A stretch of 40,199 nt of DNA, taken from positions 1 through 40,199 of the IMG/VR virus record IMGVR_UViG_3300032272_000036; one strand, written 5' to 3'. The translations under genes were made by a program, and so were the position numbers. The notes below the pieces were generated by a model that was not told the origin of the DNA, did no database searches, and saw nothing but the letters and a program-made list of their open reading frames with translations. Shown here in pieces: positions 15,384-25,917 of the stretch (positions within the stretch are counted from its first letter, which is position 1; the number at the start of each line of letters is the position of its first letter). The DNA is from a virus. Taxonomy: Duplodnaviria; Caudoviricetes.

Positions 15384-17264
15384 ATGGCAGAAGAATTCAC
15401 ACTGGCGAATCCACCACCGAAAGGACACCCTGACCTAGCCGATTGGGTGTGGGGATTATTTGAGGATTCTTACGCCGAGAAAGAACGACTCGGCTTGATG
15501 GAGCGATGGAAATCGAGCTATCGTTTATTCCGGGGAAACCATTGGGGAGAAAAGGCCAGAAATAACCCAGACCGATTGAGTATCAACCTCACATTTGCAA
15601 ATATCCAACGAACAGTTGCGAATATCACCGCTAAAAACCCTGTAGCCCAAGTCATCGACCTTGACGGAAAGAAGGATAACGTTGATCAGATTCTTACCAT
15701 GAAAATGAAGAAGTGGTGGAACGAGACTGAGCAACAGGCTTTATTATCTAGGACATCGCTTAATAATGAAATTTATGGAATAACAATAGAAAAGGCAGTC
15801 TGGAACTCAAAGAAAAAAAAGTTTATTCCAGTTCTTCTCGATCCATATTCATATTTTCCAGCAAAAGGTTATTATCCTGAGCAAGAGGACATGCCTTATG
15901 AGATACACGCATTCGCCCTCCCAATATATCAAGTAAAAAACACATTCGATCCAAAAGAAGAGATAGTTGCAGACAATGTTTCACAGATTCTTGGCCGAGA
16001 AGATAGGGAAGAAGTGCGCCCCAACGCTATTTTATCTGACTCTGGTGTTGGTGTGGTCCTTGATCAAACTCGCAAAGACCTTGACGTAAGTGGAGACACT
16101 GGCGGAGAGGCTCTGGTTGTTGAGTGTTGGATTAGGGACAACAGTAAACATAAGGCAGATATTATAGATATTGACGAAGAAACAGGCAGTGAAACACTAA
16201 TTGCCGAAGCTGGGTCAATGATTTACCCGGACGGAGTCAGAGTAATAACGATCTGTAATAAGAACGTGTTTCTCAACGATATGCCTAACCCCAATGTTAA
16301 CTTTAATTTATCTGAAGAGTTAACAAGAAAATCATTTGCATGGGGACGACGACCTTTTTACAAAGCAAATTCTTACGAAGATACAACCTCCATATGGGGA
16401 TTCAGCGCCTCAGAACAGACAGCCGGAACCGAAAAGAAAATAGATGAGATTGTCTCCCGAGTTGCTAGATATTGCAATACAGTGTTGTCGCCTACTATCA
16501 TCGTTGAGAAAGGTTGTGGAATAACACCTGCAATGCTCAAGGAGAAAATAGGCAAGGGAAATCTTGTGCTGATGCCAACAAGGCCGAACGCAAGGATTGA
16601 ATACCTCACGCCACCAAACCTTCCTTCAAACTTTTTTAACACGATAAATATGCTGGTAGACTTCCACGACCGAGTTTACCAAATTGAAGACGCTGACCGT
16701 GGAGTCCAGCCAACTGGAGTGACCGCCGCTTCTGCGATCGCTCAACTACAAGAAAAAAACGCAGTCCTGATTAGACACAAGATCCGAGCAACAGAATTTA
16801 TGTGCCGGATGCGTGGCCGGTGGGATATTTCTTTCATGCAAAATTTCAGCGTAAAACCTGAAATGGTTATGCTCCAAGACGAAACGGTCTACGAGTTCAG
16901 CGGTATAGAGTTGGCAGGAAGGCAGTTTAATTACATCGTTGAGTCTGACTCTACGGTTGCTAGAACGAGCCTTGGCGACCAAGAACAAGCTATGGCCTTG
17001 TTTAATACCAAAGCTATTGACAGAACAGCACTGCTTGTTGACGCTCTCAATTATCCGAACGCTAAGAGAATCGTTGAAAGAATGGGAGAAACGCAGCTTG
17101 ACGAGGCGTTTAACGTGCTTATGCAAGCTGGCATGGACAAAGACGAGGCTCTGAGACTCAGACAATATCTGATGCAGCCACAGAATGGGCCCGAATCCGA
17201 ACAACCACAAGGTGAGCAGAGAGGCGTCCCAACAGGGCCACCAGAACAAGCGAGGGGAATGTAA
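15384..17264 (+). CDS. portal protein (P22/podovirus-like)
   Basis: about 626 aa; YRLFRGNHW, LSINLTFANI...ITAKNP, G......TAASAI motifs; first gene of the head module. Confidence 0.85.
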   Translation: MAEEFTLANPPPKGHPDLADWVWGLFEDSYAEKERLGLMERWKSSYRLFRGNHWGEKARNNPDRLSINLTFANIQRTVANITAKNPVAQVIDLDGKKDNVDQILTMKMKKWWNETEQQALLSRTSLNNEIYGITIEKAVWNSKKKKFIPVLLDPYSYFPAKGYYPEQEDMPYEIHAFALPIYQVKNTFDPKEEIVADNVSQILGREDREEVRPNAILSDSGVGVVLDQTRKDLDVSGDTGGEALVVECWIRDNSKHKADIIDIDEETGSETLIAEAGSMIYPDGVRVITICNKNVFLNDMPNPNVNFNLSEELTRKSFAWGRRPFYKANSYEDTTSIWGFSASEQTAGTEKKIDEIVSRVARYCNTVLSPTIIVEKGCGITPAMLKEKIGKGNLVLMPTRPNARIEYLTPPNLPSNFFNTINMLVDFHDRVYQIEDADRGVQPTGVTAASAIAQLQEKNAVLIRHKIRATEFMCRMRGRWDISFMQNFSVKPEMVMLQDETVYEFSGIELAGRQFNYIVESDSTVARTSLGDQEQAMALFNTKAIDRTALLVDALNYPNAKRIVERMGETQLDEAFNVLMQAGMDKDEALRLRQYLMQPQNGPESEQPQGEQRGVPTGPPEQARGM

Positions 17265-17539
17265 TGCCACTTTATCAGTACACTTGTGATAAATGCGATA
17301 AGGATTTCGACGAATTCCTTTCGCTGAAAGAATACAAAAAAGAAATGTCATGCCCAGAATGTAATGGCGTGGCCAGAAAAGTTTTTACACTCGGAGGTAT
17401 TCAAGACGATCACCCTCTTTGGCTCGACCAGTCGGTTAGAGACCAATTGCAGGACACTGATTCTCCACACATACCAATCGAGACGAGGACGCAGTACAAT
17501 CAATACTTGAAGGATACCGGCTTTATACCTTGCAGTTAG
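17264..17539 (+). CDS. FmdB-family zinc ribbon protein
   Basis: MPLYQYTCDKC...CPECNG.ARKVF. Confidence 0.85.
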   Translation: MPLYQYTCDKCDKDFDEFLSLKEYKKEMSCPECNGVARKVFTLGGIQDDHPLWLDQSVRDQLQDTDSPHIPIETRTQYNQYLKDTGFIPCS

Positions 17540-17588
17540 CCGCCCTTCGCATCAGGGACACCCAGAAATGGCCCCAACGGAGTTAGAA

Positions 17589-18428
17589 ATGGAAGAAGAT
17601 ATCTTACGTGCAGACCAAAACCCAACAGAAAGACAGCCATCACCACAAGAGCAACAGGTACCCGTGCAGGACGACATTGTTACGCCTCCTGAAGGGCAAG
17701 CACCAGCAGAAGAGCAACCACTTTTGGCAGGTAAATTCAAGGATGTTGCTGACCTGGAAAAGTCATACACTGAGTTGCAAGCTAAACTTGGAGACCAGGG
17801 AAGTAGACTTGGGAAAGCAGAAGAAGAAAGATCAGCCCTGCTACGACAACTTGATGTGATGCAAACAAAGAATCAAGAGGCCCCTATAGATAAAGGAAAA
17901 GCCGATGATTTGGAACAGCAGATCAACAATATTGCCCAACAGGTCGAGGATGGTGATTTGTCTATCGGCGATGGGATGAAACAGACTGCTTTAATTTCTG
18001 CCCAGATTGCCCAGAACGAAACGGTAAAAGGGATACACGAAGAACAAAGCAAGGCAACGGTCGCACAATCCAAAAAAGCATTTTCTGATGCTCACCCTGA
18101 CTTTTTCGAACTTCAGAAGTCCGGGGTTTTGGAGCCAATCAAAAATCAACTCCCAGGTTTCCATGATGACATATCGGCATACTACGCTTTAAAGGCTGAC
18201 ACGTTACAGACAGAAATGGCTGCAGCTGTTGAGTCAGCGAAGCAGGAAGGTATTGCACTGGGAAAAGCTGAAATGGCAAAAATAGCAGGGGGTGATGCAA
18301 ACACCCAAAAAGTCCTCCAGGGTGGAGGCAAATCAGCAGAGAAAATCGGGCGGAAAGCTGGCCCGATGAAACGAAACGAATTGGTTGAGTCAGGTCTTGC
18401 CGCATTACGTAGGGCAAGAGGTGAATAA
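17589..18428 (+). CDS. capsid scaffolding protein
   Basis: LAGKFKDVADLEKSYTELQAKLG motif; acidic coiled coil; precedes the capsid gene; GGAG RBS at 17579. Confidence 0.8.
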   Translation: MEEDILRADQNPTERQPSPQEQQVPVQDDIVTPPEGQAPAEEQPLLAGKFKDVADLEKSYTELQAKLGDQGSRLGKAEEERSALLRQLDVMQTKNQEAPIDKGKADDLEQQINNIAQQVEDGDLSIGDGMKQTALISAQIAQNETVKGIHEEQSKATVAQSKKAFSDAHPDFFELQKSGVLEPIKNQLPGFHDDISAYYALKADTLQTEMAAAVESAKQEGIALGKAEMAKIAGGDANTQKVLQGGGKSAEKIGRKAGPMKRNELVESGLAALRRARGE

Positions 18429-18450
18429 CTCAATATAAAGGAGTAACATT

Positions 18451-19419
18451 ATGGCTTTAACATTATCAGAAGTCCAAGCAGTAACAGACGATTACAACGT
18501 CAAAAAAACTACTGACATTTACGGTATCGACAATGTCTTGCTTTACATGCTTATGTCTGGCGGTAAATTCCAAGATTCCATCGTTGGCGCTGGCGAGACG
18601 GTAGATGGTGGTGAAATGATCCGAATCCCGATCGAGTACGCACGGACAAACACTGGATCATACGGTAACACCACGAAAATTCCACAGAGCAAAGTTGAAA
18701 TTTTGAACGCTGCTCGTTTTCGTTGGGCTGGAACTTACGCCGCAAACGCGATTGACCTTGACGACCAGCGCAAAAACACTGGAGACGCCGCGATTGTATC
18801 TCTGGTACAGTCAAAAATTGACAACATCCATAAGACTATCAGGGATACACAAGGAACTCAAGTTTATGCCTCGGCTTCTACCGATGACGATATCCTTGGC
18901 CTTGGTGATCTTTTCAGCGCATCAACCTCCACAGCTTACGGGTCAATAGCCGAAGACGATATGGCAAAGTGGGCGCATAACCTGAATGCTACAGGCGGGG
19001 CTATCTCTTACGCAATCATGCAAGAGATCCGCAGAACTGCAAAAGTTGGCCAAAGTATGGGGAAAAAACCTAACCTCTACATTACCACTGATGTCTTGAA
19101 AGATGGGTTTGAGCGGACAATCCAAGCAAACGTAAGACACAAAGACGGCAAGCTTGTTGATGTAGGATTTGACAATGTCCTCTTTGGTAGTGTCCCAGTT
19201 GTAGCCGATGACCGTCAAACTTCAGGGTATATGGATGCGCTCAATCTTGACTTCCTCTGGTTAAAGACGCACGCTGACTACCAGTATACAAAGCCAGTGT
19301 GGGAATACAGTAAGGATCAGCCTGACACCCTTGTTGCGAACACACGATGGATTGGGCAGTTGGTCACATCACATCGTGCGGCTCATGCTCGATTTACCGG
19401 ACTGACAGACCCATCATAA
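18451..19419 (+). CDS. major capsid protein
   Basis: 322 aa; DGGEMIRIPIEY, GLGDL, GFDNVLFGSVPVVAD; AAGGAG RBS; follows the scaffold gene. Confidence 0.85.
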   Translation: MALTLSEVQAVTDDYNVKKTTDIYGIDNVLLYMLMSGGKFQDSIVGAGETVDGGEMIRIPIEYARTNTGSYGNTTKIPQSKVEILNAARFRWAGTYAANAIDLDDQRKNTGDAAIVSLVQSKIDNIHKTIRDTQGTQVYASASTDDDILGLGDLFSASTSTAYGSIAEDDMAKWAHNLNATGGAISYAIMQEIRRTAKVGQSMGKKPNLYITTDVLKDGFERTIQANVRHKDGKLVDVGFDNVLFGSVPVVADDRQTSGYMDALNLDFLWLKTHADYQYTKPVWEYSKDQPDTLVANTRWIGQLVTSHRAAHARFTGLTDPS

Positions 19420-19468
19420 TATTTAACGGGGGTGTAAAAGCCCCCCATTAATTTCTTAGGGGAAAATA

Positions 19469-19831
19469 ATGGATCAGGATATACATTTTCAACACACAAC
19501 GGCCCTTGCCGCTGGAGCTGACACAACCACATACTTGCAGTTGCCCTACCGCTGCACTATGCGTGATGTCCGTGGAATAATCCAAGGGGCAAACGCCGCA
19601 GAGGAAACGGTCACAGTAACTTACGGGACAACTGTTGCCGCAGCTACTGCTATCGGAGTTTTGACATTTGCCATTGGTTCAGCCGGTGGGGTTGGAACTT
19701 GGGTGGCAGACTCCACCACTGGCGAAACAAAAATGGCAGCAGATGGATACCTAAAGTTTGTTGTGTCCTCTGTTGGTACTGACGCTGCTGCGATCAATCT
19801 CGATCTTGAGCTTGACCCTTACGCTCGATAA
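19469..19831 (+). CDS. capsid decoration-like protein, paralogue 1
   Basis: follows the capsid gene; MDQDIHFQ...LDPYAR shared with the next gene. Confidence 0.65.
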   Translation: MDQDIHFQHTTALAAGADTTTYLQLPYRCTMRDVRGIIQGANAAEETVTVTYGTTVAAATAIGVLTFAIGSAGGVGTWVADSTTGETKMAADGYLKFVVSSVGTDAAAINLDLELDPYAR

Positions 19832-19851
19832 TTCAACAAAAGGAGATCCAA

Positions 19852-20217
19852 ATGGATCAGGATATACATTTTCAAGTACCTATTGCATTCGCGGCAGGAG
19901 CACTCACTACATATTGGCAAGTCCCTTACAGATGCACAATGCGAAATTTGCGCGGAATTGTACAGGCCGACCCGGGAGATGGTGAGACTATTACCGTGAC
20001 TTACGGAACAACTGCAGCCGGGGCAACAACCGCAATCGGTGTGATGACATTCGGCACAACCATTGCAGCCGGTGCCGTTGGAACATGGGTCGCTGACACA
20101 ACCACAGGCAATACAGTCATGGCCGCAGATGGCTTTCTCAAGTTCGTAACCAGCACGGCCGCTACCGCTGTGTGTGATTTGGATATCGAACTTGACCCTT
20201 ACGCCAGAACCACATAA
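19852..20217 (+). CDS. capsid decoration-like protein, paralogue 2
   Basis: tandem paralogue of 19469-19831. Confidence 0.65.
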   Translation: MDQDIHFQVPIAFAAGALTTYWQVPYRCTMRNLRGIVQADPGDGETITVTYGTTAAGATTAIGVMTFGTTIAAGAVGTWVADTTTGNTVMAADGFLKFVTSTAATAVCDLDIELDPYARTT

Positions 20218-20258
20218 CAATAATGGCCCGGTGAGATCCCGGGCCCCAAGGTAATACT

Positions 20259-20927
20259 ATGCAACTCTCAGAGATTGTTACCGCTGTTGAAGACATTGTT
20301 CACGACTCAGACTATACGTCAACAATTATCAAATCGTTGGCAAACGAGGCTGTTTTAGTTGTGGCAACTGGTGTTTTGATTCCAGGTAGACGGCAACTTT
20401 CTCCACCGCTCCCAGATTTGTATACCACAAGCACAGTGACAACAGTTTTGAGTACAGGATATCTGAGTTTACCGGCAGACTATAACCGTGACGTAATAAT
20501 GCTTGTCAACTCTGACGGGGAGACGATTACCAAGATTGACTCTTGGCTGAGATTCATGAAAAGTTCGGCAGATCAAGCGGCAGGTACAGTTGATAGGTAC
20601 TGTGTCTCAGGTTCAAGGCTTCACTACCGGGACATACCAGCAGTAGCAACAAACCTTACTGCTCATTATTACAAAAACCCTACCACATTGACAGCAGATG
20701 CGGACATTCCTTCCTGTATTCCAACTGTTCTACATAGAGATCTGATTGTAGGATATGTTGCGAGGGAAATATTTAACAAGAAAGAACTTGGGATGGCTGG
20801 TCAAAAAGTTGACACAGCAAACTACGATAATATCTTCAACGGTGGAATATTAAAACTTGTTGACATTCTACCTGAAGATGGAGAGCCGATATACTGTGAC
20901 GGCTCAAGTGATCACATAGAGTGGTGA
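20259..20927 (+). CDS. head-tail adaptor protein
   Basis: position; M.LSEI...V....D, LPADY, YYKNP..L..D.D.P..IP..LH pattern. Confidence 0.7.
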   Translation: MQLSEIVTAVEDIVHDSDYTSTIIKSLANEAVLVVATGVLIPGRRQLSPPLPDLYTTSTVTTVLSTGYLSLPADYNRDVIMLVNSDGETITKIDSWLRFMKSSADQAAGTVDRYCVSGSRLHYRDIPAVATNLTAHYYKNPTTLTADADIPSCIPTVLHRDLIVGYVAREIFNKKELGMAGQKVDTANYDNIFNGGILKLVDILPEDGEPIYCDGSSDHIEW

Positions 20928-20928
20928 T

Positions 20929-21558
20929 ATGTCAAAGTTTTCAATAAAAGTTAAAAATTTAGCCAAGGGGTTGAGGCCGAGCAAACGCAATCCCCGTGGT
21001 AAAGGGTTTTTGACAACATGCTCAGGTGTAGTTGGGCGTGATGGCGTTCTGCAAGCACTGGACAACCTGACTCCTATAGTAGCTTATCCAATGCAAGTAA
21101 TCGGAACCGACACATTGAATTACACCTGCACAGCTGACCACGTAGCCGCCTCCGCAAACAAACCTATCACCGGAGCGAGTTGGGCATCGTACTGGACACA
21201 GAGCGGATCTGACGGGGTTACTTGGGTTGATGGAACAACTTACACAAAAGGGATAGCAGACGGTTTCCCTTACCCGCAGATTTTTGAGTTCAATAAGATG
21301 ACAATAGTTTGTGGAGAGACAAAGATTTACGAGTGGGTAAATGACACGTTGGTCCTAAAGCTCACCGTTTCAGCTGGAAGTACGTGGAGAGCACTTGATT
21401 TTAACGATTTTGTTTACATGAGCAATGGAGTGGTGTCTGTAACGAGAGACCCTTTTACAAAAGAGTACTCTGTTTCCGCGCAACCTTCTGCTTACGCTCT
21501 TTGTAACTATAACGGCCAGGTAGTTATTGGCGCACCTCAAGCAAATTATTGGGAATGA
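20929..21558 (+). CDS. tail nozzle/stabilisation-like protein, N-terminal part
   Basis: position after the adaptor; beta-propeller-like blades (DFNDFVYMSNG, NYNGQVVIG). Confidence 0.5.
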   Translation: MSKFSIKVKNLAKGLRPSKRNPRGKGFLTTCSGVVGRDGVLQALDNLTPIVAYPMQVIGTDTLNYTCTADHVAASANKPITGASWASYWTQSGSDGVTWVDGTTYTKGIADGFPYPQIFEFNKMTIVCGETKIYEWVNDTLVLKLTVSAGSTWRALDFNDFVYMSNGVVSVTRDPFTKEYSVSAQPSAYALCNYNGQVVIGAPQANYWE

Positions 21559-21561
21559 TCA

Positions 21562-24522
21562 ATGGCATGGACTGACGACAAAAACCTTGGTGCTTGGACT
21601 TTCGAGAAGGAAATAGATAAACCAAGATACAACGAAGGGACACACATCTCCACAGATGAAGACCCAACGTGGAGAAGCGCAACCAACGACCATACGCCAA
21701 TAACAGACACTCACGTACCATGTGGATACTGGCCTAGAATCCCAGAATATTCAAACCCGTCACCAGGAAACAACAGTAAGCAGTTACTTATTCCTGTGGT
21801 TAGGGCATATTCATCTCCGCTACTTGCCGATTGGGTTGGTTTTTTGGTTTGGGTAACTGGCAGTATTTACGACAGCCCGATCATGATTGAAAAGGACGAA
21901 ACAGATTCTCGAAACTGGGGAATGAATGACGATTGGATGGCGAGAGGAATTTACATAGCCCTTCATGGGACAGAAGGTGCCGGTGAAATATCTGTGCTGG
22001 ATAAATACCATCAACGTGTAAGAAGTGATGGGCTAGAGGCTGGAAGTGACGATATTACCATGGACTGCGACGGACTTAAGAACGGCCCCCCAGGTTTCAA
22101 CGTAACAGAGGGGCACACGCTCCCTGAATGGAACGCGAGTAGTTACGCAGACCCATGGCCAGGATTATGGAACCATGAATTTAATGGGTTTGAGCTACAC
22201 GCTGGGTATCCTGATCAGCCTATGATTTACACAGGGCCGTTTGATGATACGTATGGAGATAGTTTTTCTGATTCCACAAATATCCAATCAGTCTTATACG
22301 ATTGGAAAGATAATGACGACCCAATATGGGACGAGCCAGCGCCAGCAGACTACGGCCCGATGATAAATAGCGTGAGTGGAAAGGGTAACAATTATTACTA
22401 CGACGACTACATAGACGAACTACACCTAACTCCTATGGGGTACGACGGAACGTCTACCAATGTTTATTGCGCCAAAATGCACCAATTATGGGGATGGGGA
22501 ATACTTACTGTTGGAGGTGTTCCGCAAGATAATATATATATTGGAGGGTCTTACGACCCTGATAATTTACACATTGGTGCTGATTCAGGAAACCCAGATT
22601 ATTTTTATGGTGGTTGCGATTGGACAGACTATGGAGGTGGTGGAACTGTATCGGTTGGTGGAAACTGGTGGATACTCATGGATGCTTGGCCCGGTGGAAT
22701 AGCGCCAGTATTTAAGGAATGGGAATCTGCTGTAGGAAACGATTGGACGAGGGAACAGTATTTTGTGGTTGGTGGTAGCATATGGGATCTACCAGGGCAC
22801 CAATGGGGGACAAGTGAAGTATGGGAAGGTAAAAGTATCGTACAACTAAGTGAGTATTGGACTGATTATAATGTTGAGAATGGCCTTGCATACACCGACA
22901 GTCCAGTTGATCGTAAAGATACAGTTAGTAAAACCTATGAACAAATATTGATAGTATATCAACCTAAAGCCGTTTTTTATCACGCAGACGGGGGGAGAGT
23001 ATACTACGACTATTCTGGGTTATCGTCTATGACCGCAGACAAATATACAAACGATAACTACCCGGGATATGCTGGAGACACAATATCGCCAGTAGACGGT
23101 TTTAGCGAGGTAAACGTAACAGCTTACTATTCAATCGTTACTAATGGTGACAACTGGGAATGTTGGAGCGGAGCTATTGGCAGCACTTCTGCTGACAATT
23201 TCCTTATGCTGGCAAACAACTTCTACTGGGATCATGGCCAAACAGGAGACTCTAGCACTCTCAAAAGCTACACGTGGTTGAATTGGTACAATAGCTCCAA
23301 TAGGACTTTTGAGTCAAACATGCAAGATATTCCATCCGCTCAGATAGGTACGATCACTGAGCGATATCAAAAATATATAACTATTGAAGGAGATACATAT
23401 TATCACAATACAGCAGACGACGACCGAAGTTCTCGTGCTGGGGCCAGTCCTTCGTTAACTTATGCAAGAAAAAGATTTATTATTCAATATTCTGATGAAA
23501 CTCACTTTGATTCTATTAGCAGTTCACCATCCCCAGTCGTAGAGCTTCCGACTGAAACAACAACCCCATCTCCATCAGTTGGTATAACTGGAGAAATATT
23601 GATTCCAAAAGAGGCCGAATGGTCAGGTTGGTTTAAGACCACAGGCCTAAGCCTTGGATCAAATGGAACATGGGATGACCACGAACCTGAATCTCTTACT
23701 CCAAGTTGTGTTGTTAAGTTCGGCAGCAAGTACTTTATGTATTACATCGGTTCAGATAGCCCAAGGACAACTGACGGCGGCCCTGCACACAGAAAGCTAG
23801 GAGTCGCCACAAGTACTGATAAGGTGAACTGGACGAAATACGCAGGAAATCCAATAATGACACACTCCCCCGCCGGGAACCAGGAAGAAGGTATTTTTGG
23901 TTGCACCGCAATAGTTTATGAAGGGTTGGTGTATGTTTATATTACGGCTATTGTCGCAGACAACGCAACGACGGAAGAAGTACACGCTGACGTAAAAGTA
24001 ATTTTCTCTACCGATGGGTTTAGTTTCTCAGACCCAAGTTACGTGTTGGATCACAGCAACCCAAACTTAACAGGTTATGGGGACGAAATAGGTATCACAG
24101 GGGTTACGTATAAAGACTCAGTATGGACTATTTACTATTTTGCCAAAGGAACGCAGGTCGGTGGGTGGAGGATATGTAAGGCCACGGGGTCAACACCGTT
24201 TAATTTTTCAAACATTATTACAAGCCTTATTATAAACGAGCAGAATTTTTATGGAACTGGTGGTGATGTTATAGCGGTAAGTGCGGCAAAGAATGTCATG
24301 TTTTTCCAGAAGCGTAGCAACTGGGGAAGACTGGAGGTGTGGGAGGTTCCTGCAGCTTCACCTGGAAGCATGTCACTTGTCCAGGCAACAGACAACGTTT
24401 TGTATACTTTGGGCATGACTGTCTACCTAGATGTGGCCGCAGGGCTGTGGTACATGTACAACAGGGATTACATAACTGATACGGTGTACTGTAGAACTGC
24501 TTTAGTAAAATATAGAACTTAA
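21562..24522 (+). CDS. tail/receptor-binding protein with C-terminal five-bladed beta-propeller glycoside-hydrolase-like domain
   Basis: WDD....PSCVVKFGSKYFMYYIG...LGVATSTDKVNWTKYAGNPI after a Pro/Ser/Thr linker. Confidence 0.65.
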   Translation: MAWTDDKNLGAWTFEKEIDKPRYNEGTHISTDEDPTWRSATNDHTPITDTHVPCGYWPRIPEYSNPSPGNNSKQLLIPVVRAYSSPLLADWVGFLVWVTGSIYDSPIMIEKDETDSRNWGMNDDWMARGIYIALHGTEGAGEISVLDKYHQRVRSDGLEAGSDDITMDCDGLKNGPPGFNVTEGHTLPEWNASSYADPWPGLWNHEFNGFELHAGYPDQPMIYTGPFDDTYGDSFSDSTNIQSVLYDWKDNDDPIWDEPAPADYGPMINSVSGKGNNYYYDDYIDELHLTPMGYDGTSTNVYCAKMHQLWGWGILTVGGVPQDNIYIGGSYDPDNLHIGADSGNPDYFYGGCDWTDYGGGGTVSVGGNWWILMDAWPGGIAPVFKEWESAVGNDWTREQYFVVGGSIWDLPGHQWGTSEVWEGKSIVQLSEYWTDYNVENGLAYTDSPVDRKDTVSKTYEQILIVYQPKAVFYHADGGRVYYDYSGLSSMTADKYTNDNYPGYAGDTISPVDGFSEVNVTAYYSIVTNGDNWECWSGAIGSTSADNFLMLANNFYWDHGQTGDSSTLKSYTWLNWYNSSNRTFESNMQDIPSAQIGTITERYQKYITIEGDTYYHNTADDDRSSRAGASPSLTYARKRFIIQYSDETHFDSISSSPSPVVELPTETTTPSPSVGITGEILIPKEAEWSGWFKTTGLSLGSNGTWDDHEPESLTPSCVVKFGSKYFMYYIGSDSPRTTDGGPAHRKLGVATSTDKVNWTKYAGNPIMTHSPAGNQEEGIFGCTAIVYEGLVYVYITAIVADNATTEEVHADVKVIFSTDGFSFSDPSYVLDHSNPNLTGYGDEIGITGVTYKDSVWTIYYFAKGTQVGGWRICKATGSTPFNFSNIITSLIINEQNFYGTGGDVIAVSAAKNVMFFQKRSNWGRLEVWEVPAASPGSMSLVQATDNVLYTLGMTVYLDVAAGLWYMYNRDYITDTVYCRTALVKYRT

Positions 24523-24536
24523 AAAAGGTTTGTTAG

Positions 24537-24851
24537 ATGAGTACACTTGGCAAAATAGCGGCTGTAAACCTCAGCGCGACCACAAACACGCTTATTTACA
24601 CTGTCCCTGCAGGTAGTAGCGGTATTGATGCAACGGTTAATATTTGCAACCGCAACTCCGGTGATGTGGCCATAAGGCTCGCGATAGTTGACGGACTTGT
24701 TGCATCCCTGACAGTTGCGGATTGGATAGAGTACGACACAGTGATTGCAGCTGGAGGCGTTATCGAACGATCAGGGTTAAAAATTTATGTCGGTCAGTCT
24801 GTTGTTGCGTATTCAGATACAAGCAACGTCAGCGTCCAGGTATGGGGATAA
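24537..24851 (+). CDS. small virion protein
   Basis: ATTNTLIYTVPAG...VNICNR...IEYD...GVIERSGL pattern. Confidence 0.7.
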   Translation: MSTLGKIAAVNLSATTNTLIYTVPAGSSGIDATVNICNRNSGDVAIRLAIVDGLVASLTVADWIEYDTVIAAGGVIERSGLKIYVGQSVVAYSDTSNVSVQVWG

Positions 24852-24854
24852 CTT

Positions 24855-25433
24855 ATGGAACGATCACAATGGCCACTAGAAGGAAGATTTGTGTTATACG
24901 ACAATGCTGGAAATGCTGTAGCAGTTGACAGTACCACACTTTGTTTGGAAACAGTAGACCACTCAAGAAGTGCAATTCACAACGGTGAACATTATTACTA
25001 TAGCGATTATCATGATATTGTGCAAAACACTGTTGACGAACATCTCATAATTACCCCAAATACTACAGCGTGGGCGCATATGTCTTTTGAAATTTCTTCT
25101 TCTGCAGGTCAAGTAATTATTGAGCTTTCCGAAGGAGCAACAGTGTCAAGCAATGGGACACCGGAGAGTATATTTAACAGAAATAGGAATTTTGCAGCCA
25201 ACAACACAACCCTAATATATTCCGCCCCAACTGTTTTAACTCAAGGAACTGTTATCGGAGCTGCGAAGTTTGGGGTGGGTGATAAAAAAATAACTGCAGG
25301 TGAGATAAGTACTTCCGAATCAGAAATGGTAATGAAACAGAATACAATTTACCTATTAAGAATTACAGAATTAAATATAGCAAACACAACGGTAAATCTT
25401 AGCATTGACTGGCACGAGCACACAAATATGTAA
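24855..25433 (+). CDS. hypothetical virion protein
   Basis: beta-rich 192-aa ORF in the tail module. Confidence 0.65.
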   Translation: MERSQWPLEGRFVLYDNAGNAVAVDSTTLCLETVDHSRSAIHNGEHYYYSDYHDIVQNTVDEHLIITPNTTAWAHMSFEISSSAGQVIIELSEGATVSSNGTPESIFNRNRNFAANNTTLIYSAPTVLTQGTVIGAAKFGVGDKKITAGEISTSESEMVMKQNTIYLLRITELNIANTTVNLSIDWHEHTNM

Positions 25434-25443
25434 GGAGAACACA

Positions 25444-25905
25444 ATGGCAAATGCAGTCCCAAATAGTACAAAAGTGATGTATCAGAAAGGGCAAATACAC
25501 CTGACCGACAAAGCTGGAACCAGCGCGGTTGACGTGTGTAAGGTTATCTTAATGCAACCTGGCTTCGTGTTCGACAAGGATAGCCACCACGCTTACGCTG
25601 ACGTTATAGCCTCAGAGGTTGCGAGCGGCAATGGATACACAGCGGGGGGGGCAACATTAACTGGGGCCACTACCGCGGTAAACAATACTACAGATCAGTC
25701 GGTAACAACATGGAGTAACGTGACATGGACTGCTTCAGGTGGTAGTATATCGGCATCAGGGGCAATCGTTATTGATGACACTACGGATTCAGCAACAGAC
25801 GATTATACCGATGCGATAATCAGCTACAAAGACGCAGGAGGGACTATCACCGCAGTCGATGGAGCTCCAATTGTTTTCAGTTCAATGAAAGAGACACTCA
25901 GTTAA
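25444..25905 (+). CDS. phage tail-associated protein
   Basis: AAGGAG RBS; SEVASGNGYTAGGATL...VTWTASGG motif. Confidence 0.7.
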   Translation: MANAVPNSTKVMYQKGQIHLTDKAGTSAVDVCKVILMQPGFVFDKDSHHAYADVIASEVASGNGYTAGGATLTGATTAVNNTTDQSVTTWSNVTWTASGGSISASGAIVIDDTTDSATDDYTDAIISYKDAGGTITAVDGAPIVFSSMKETLS

Positions 25906-25917
25906 AGGGGAATTGTT

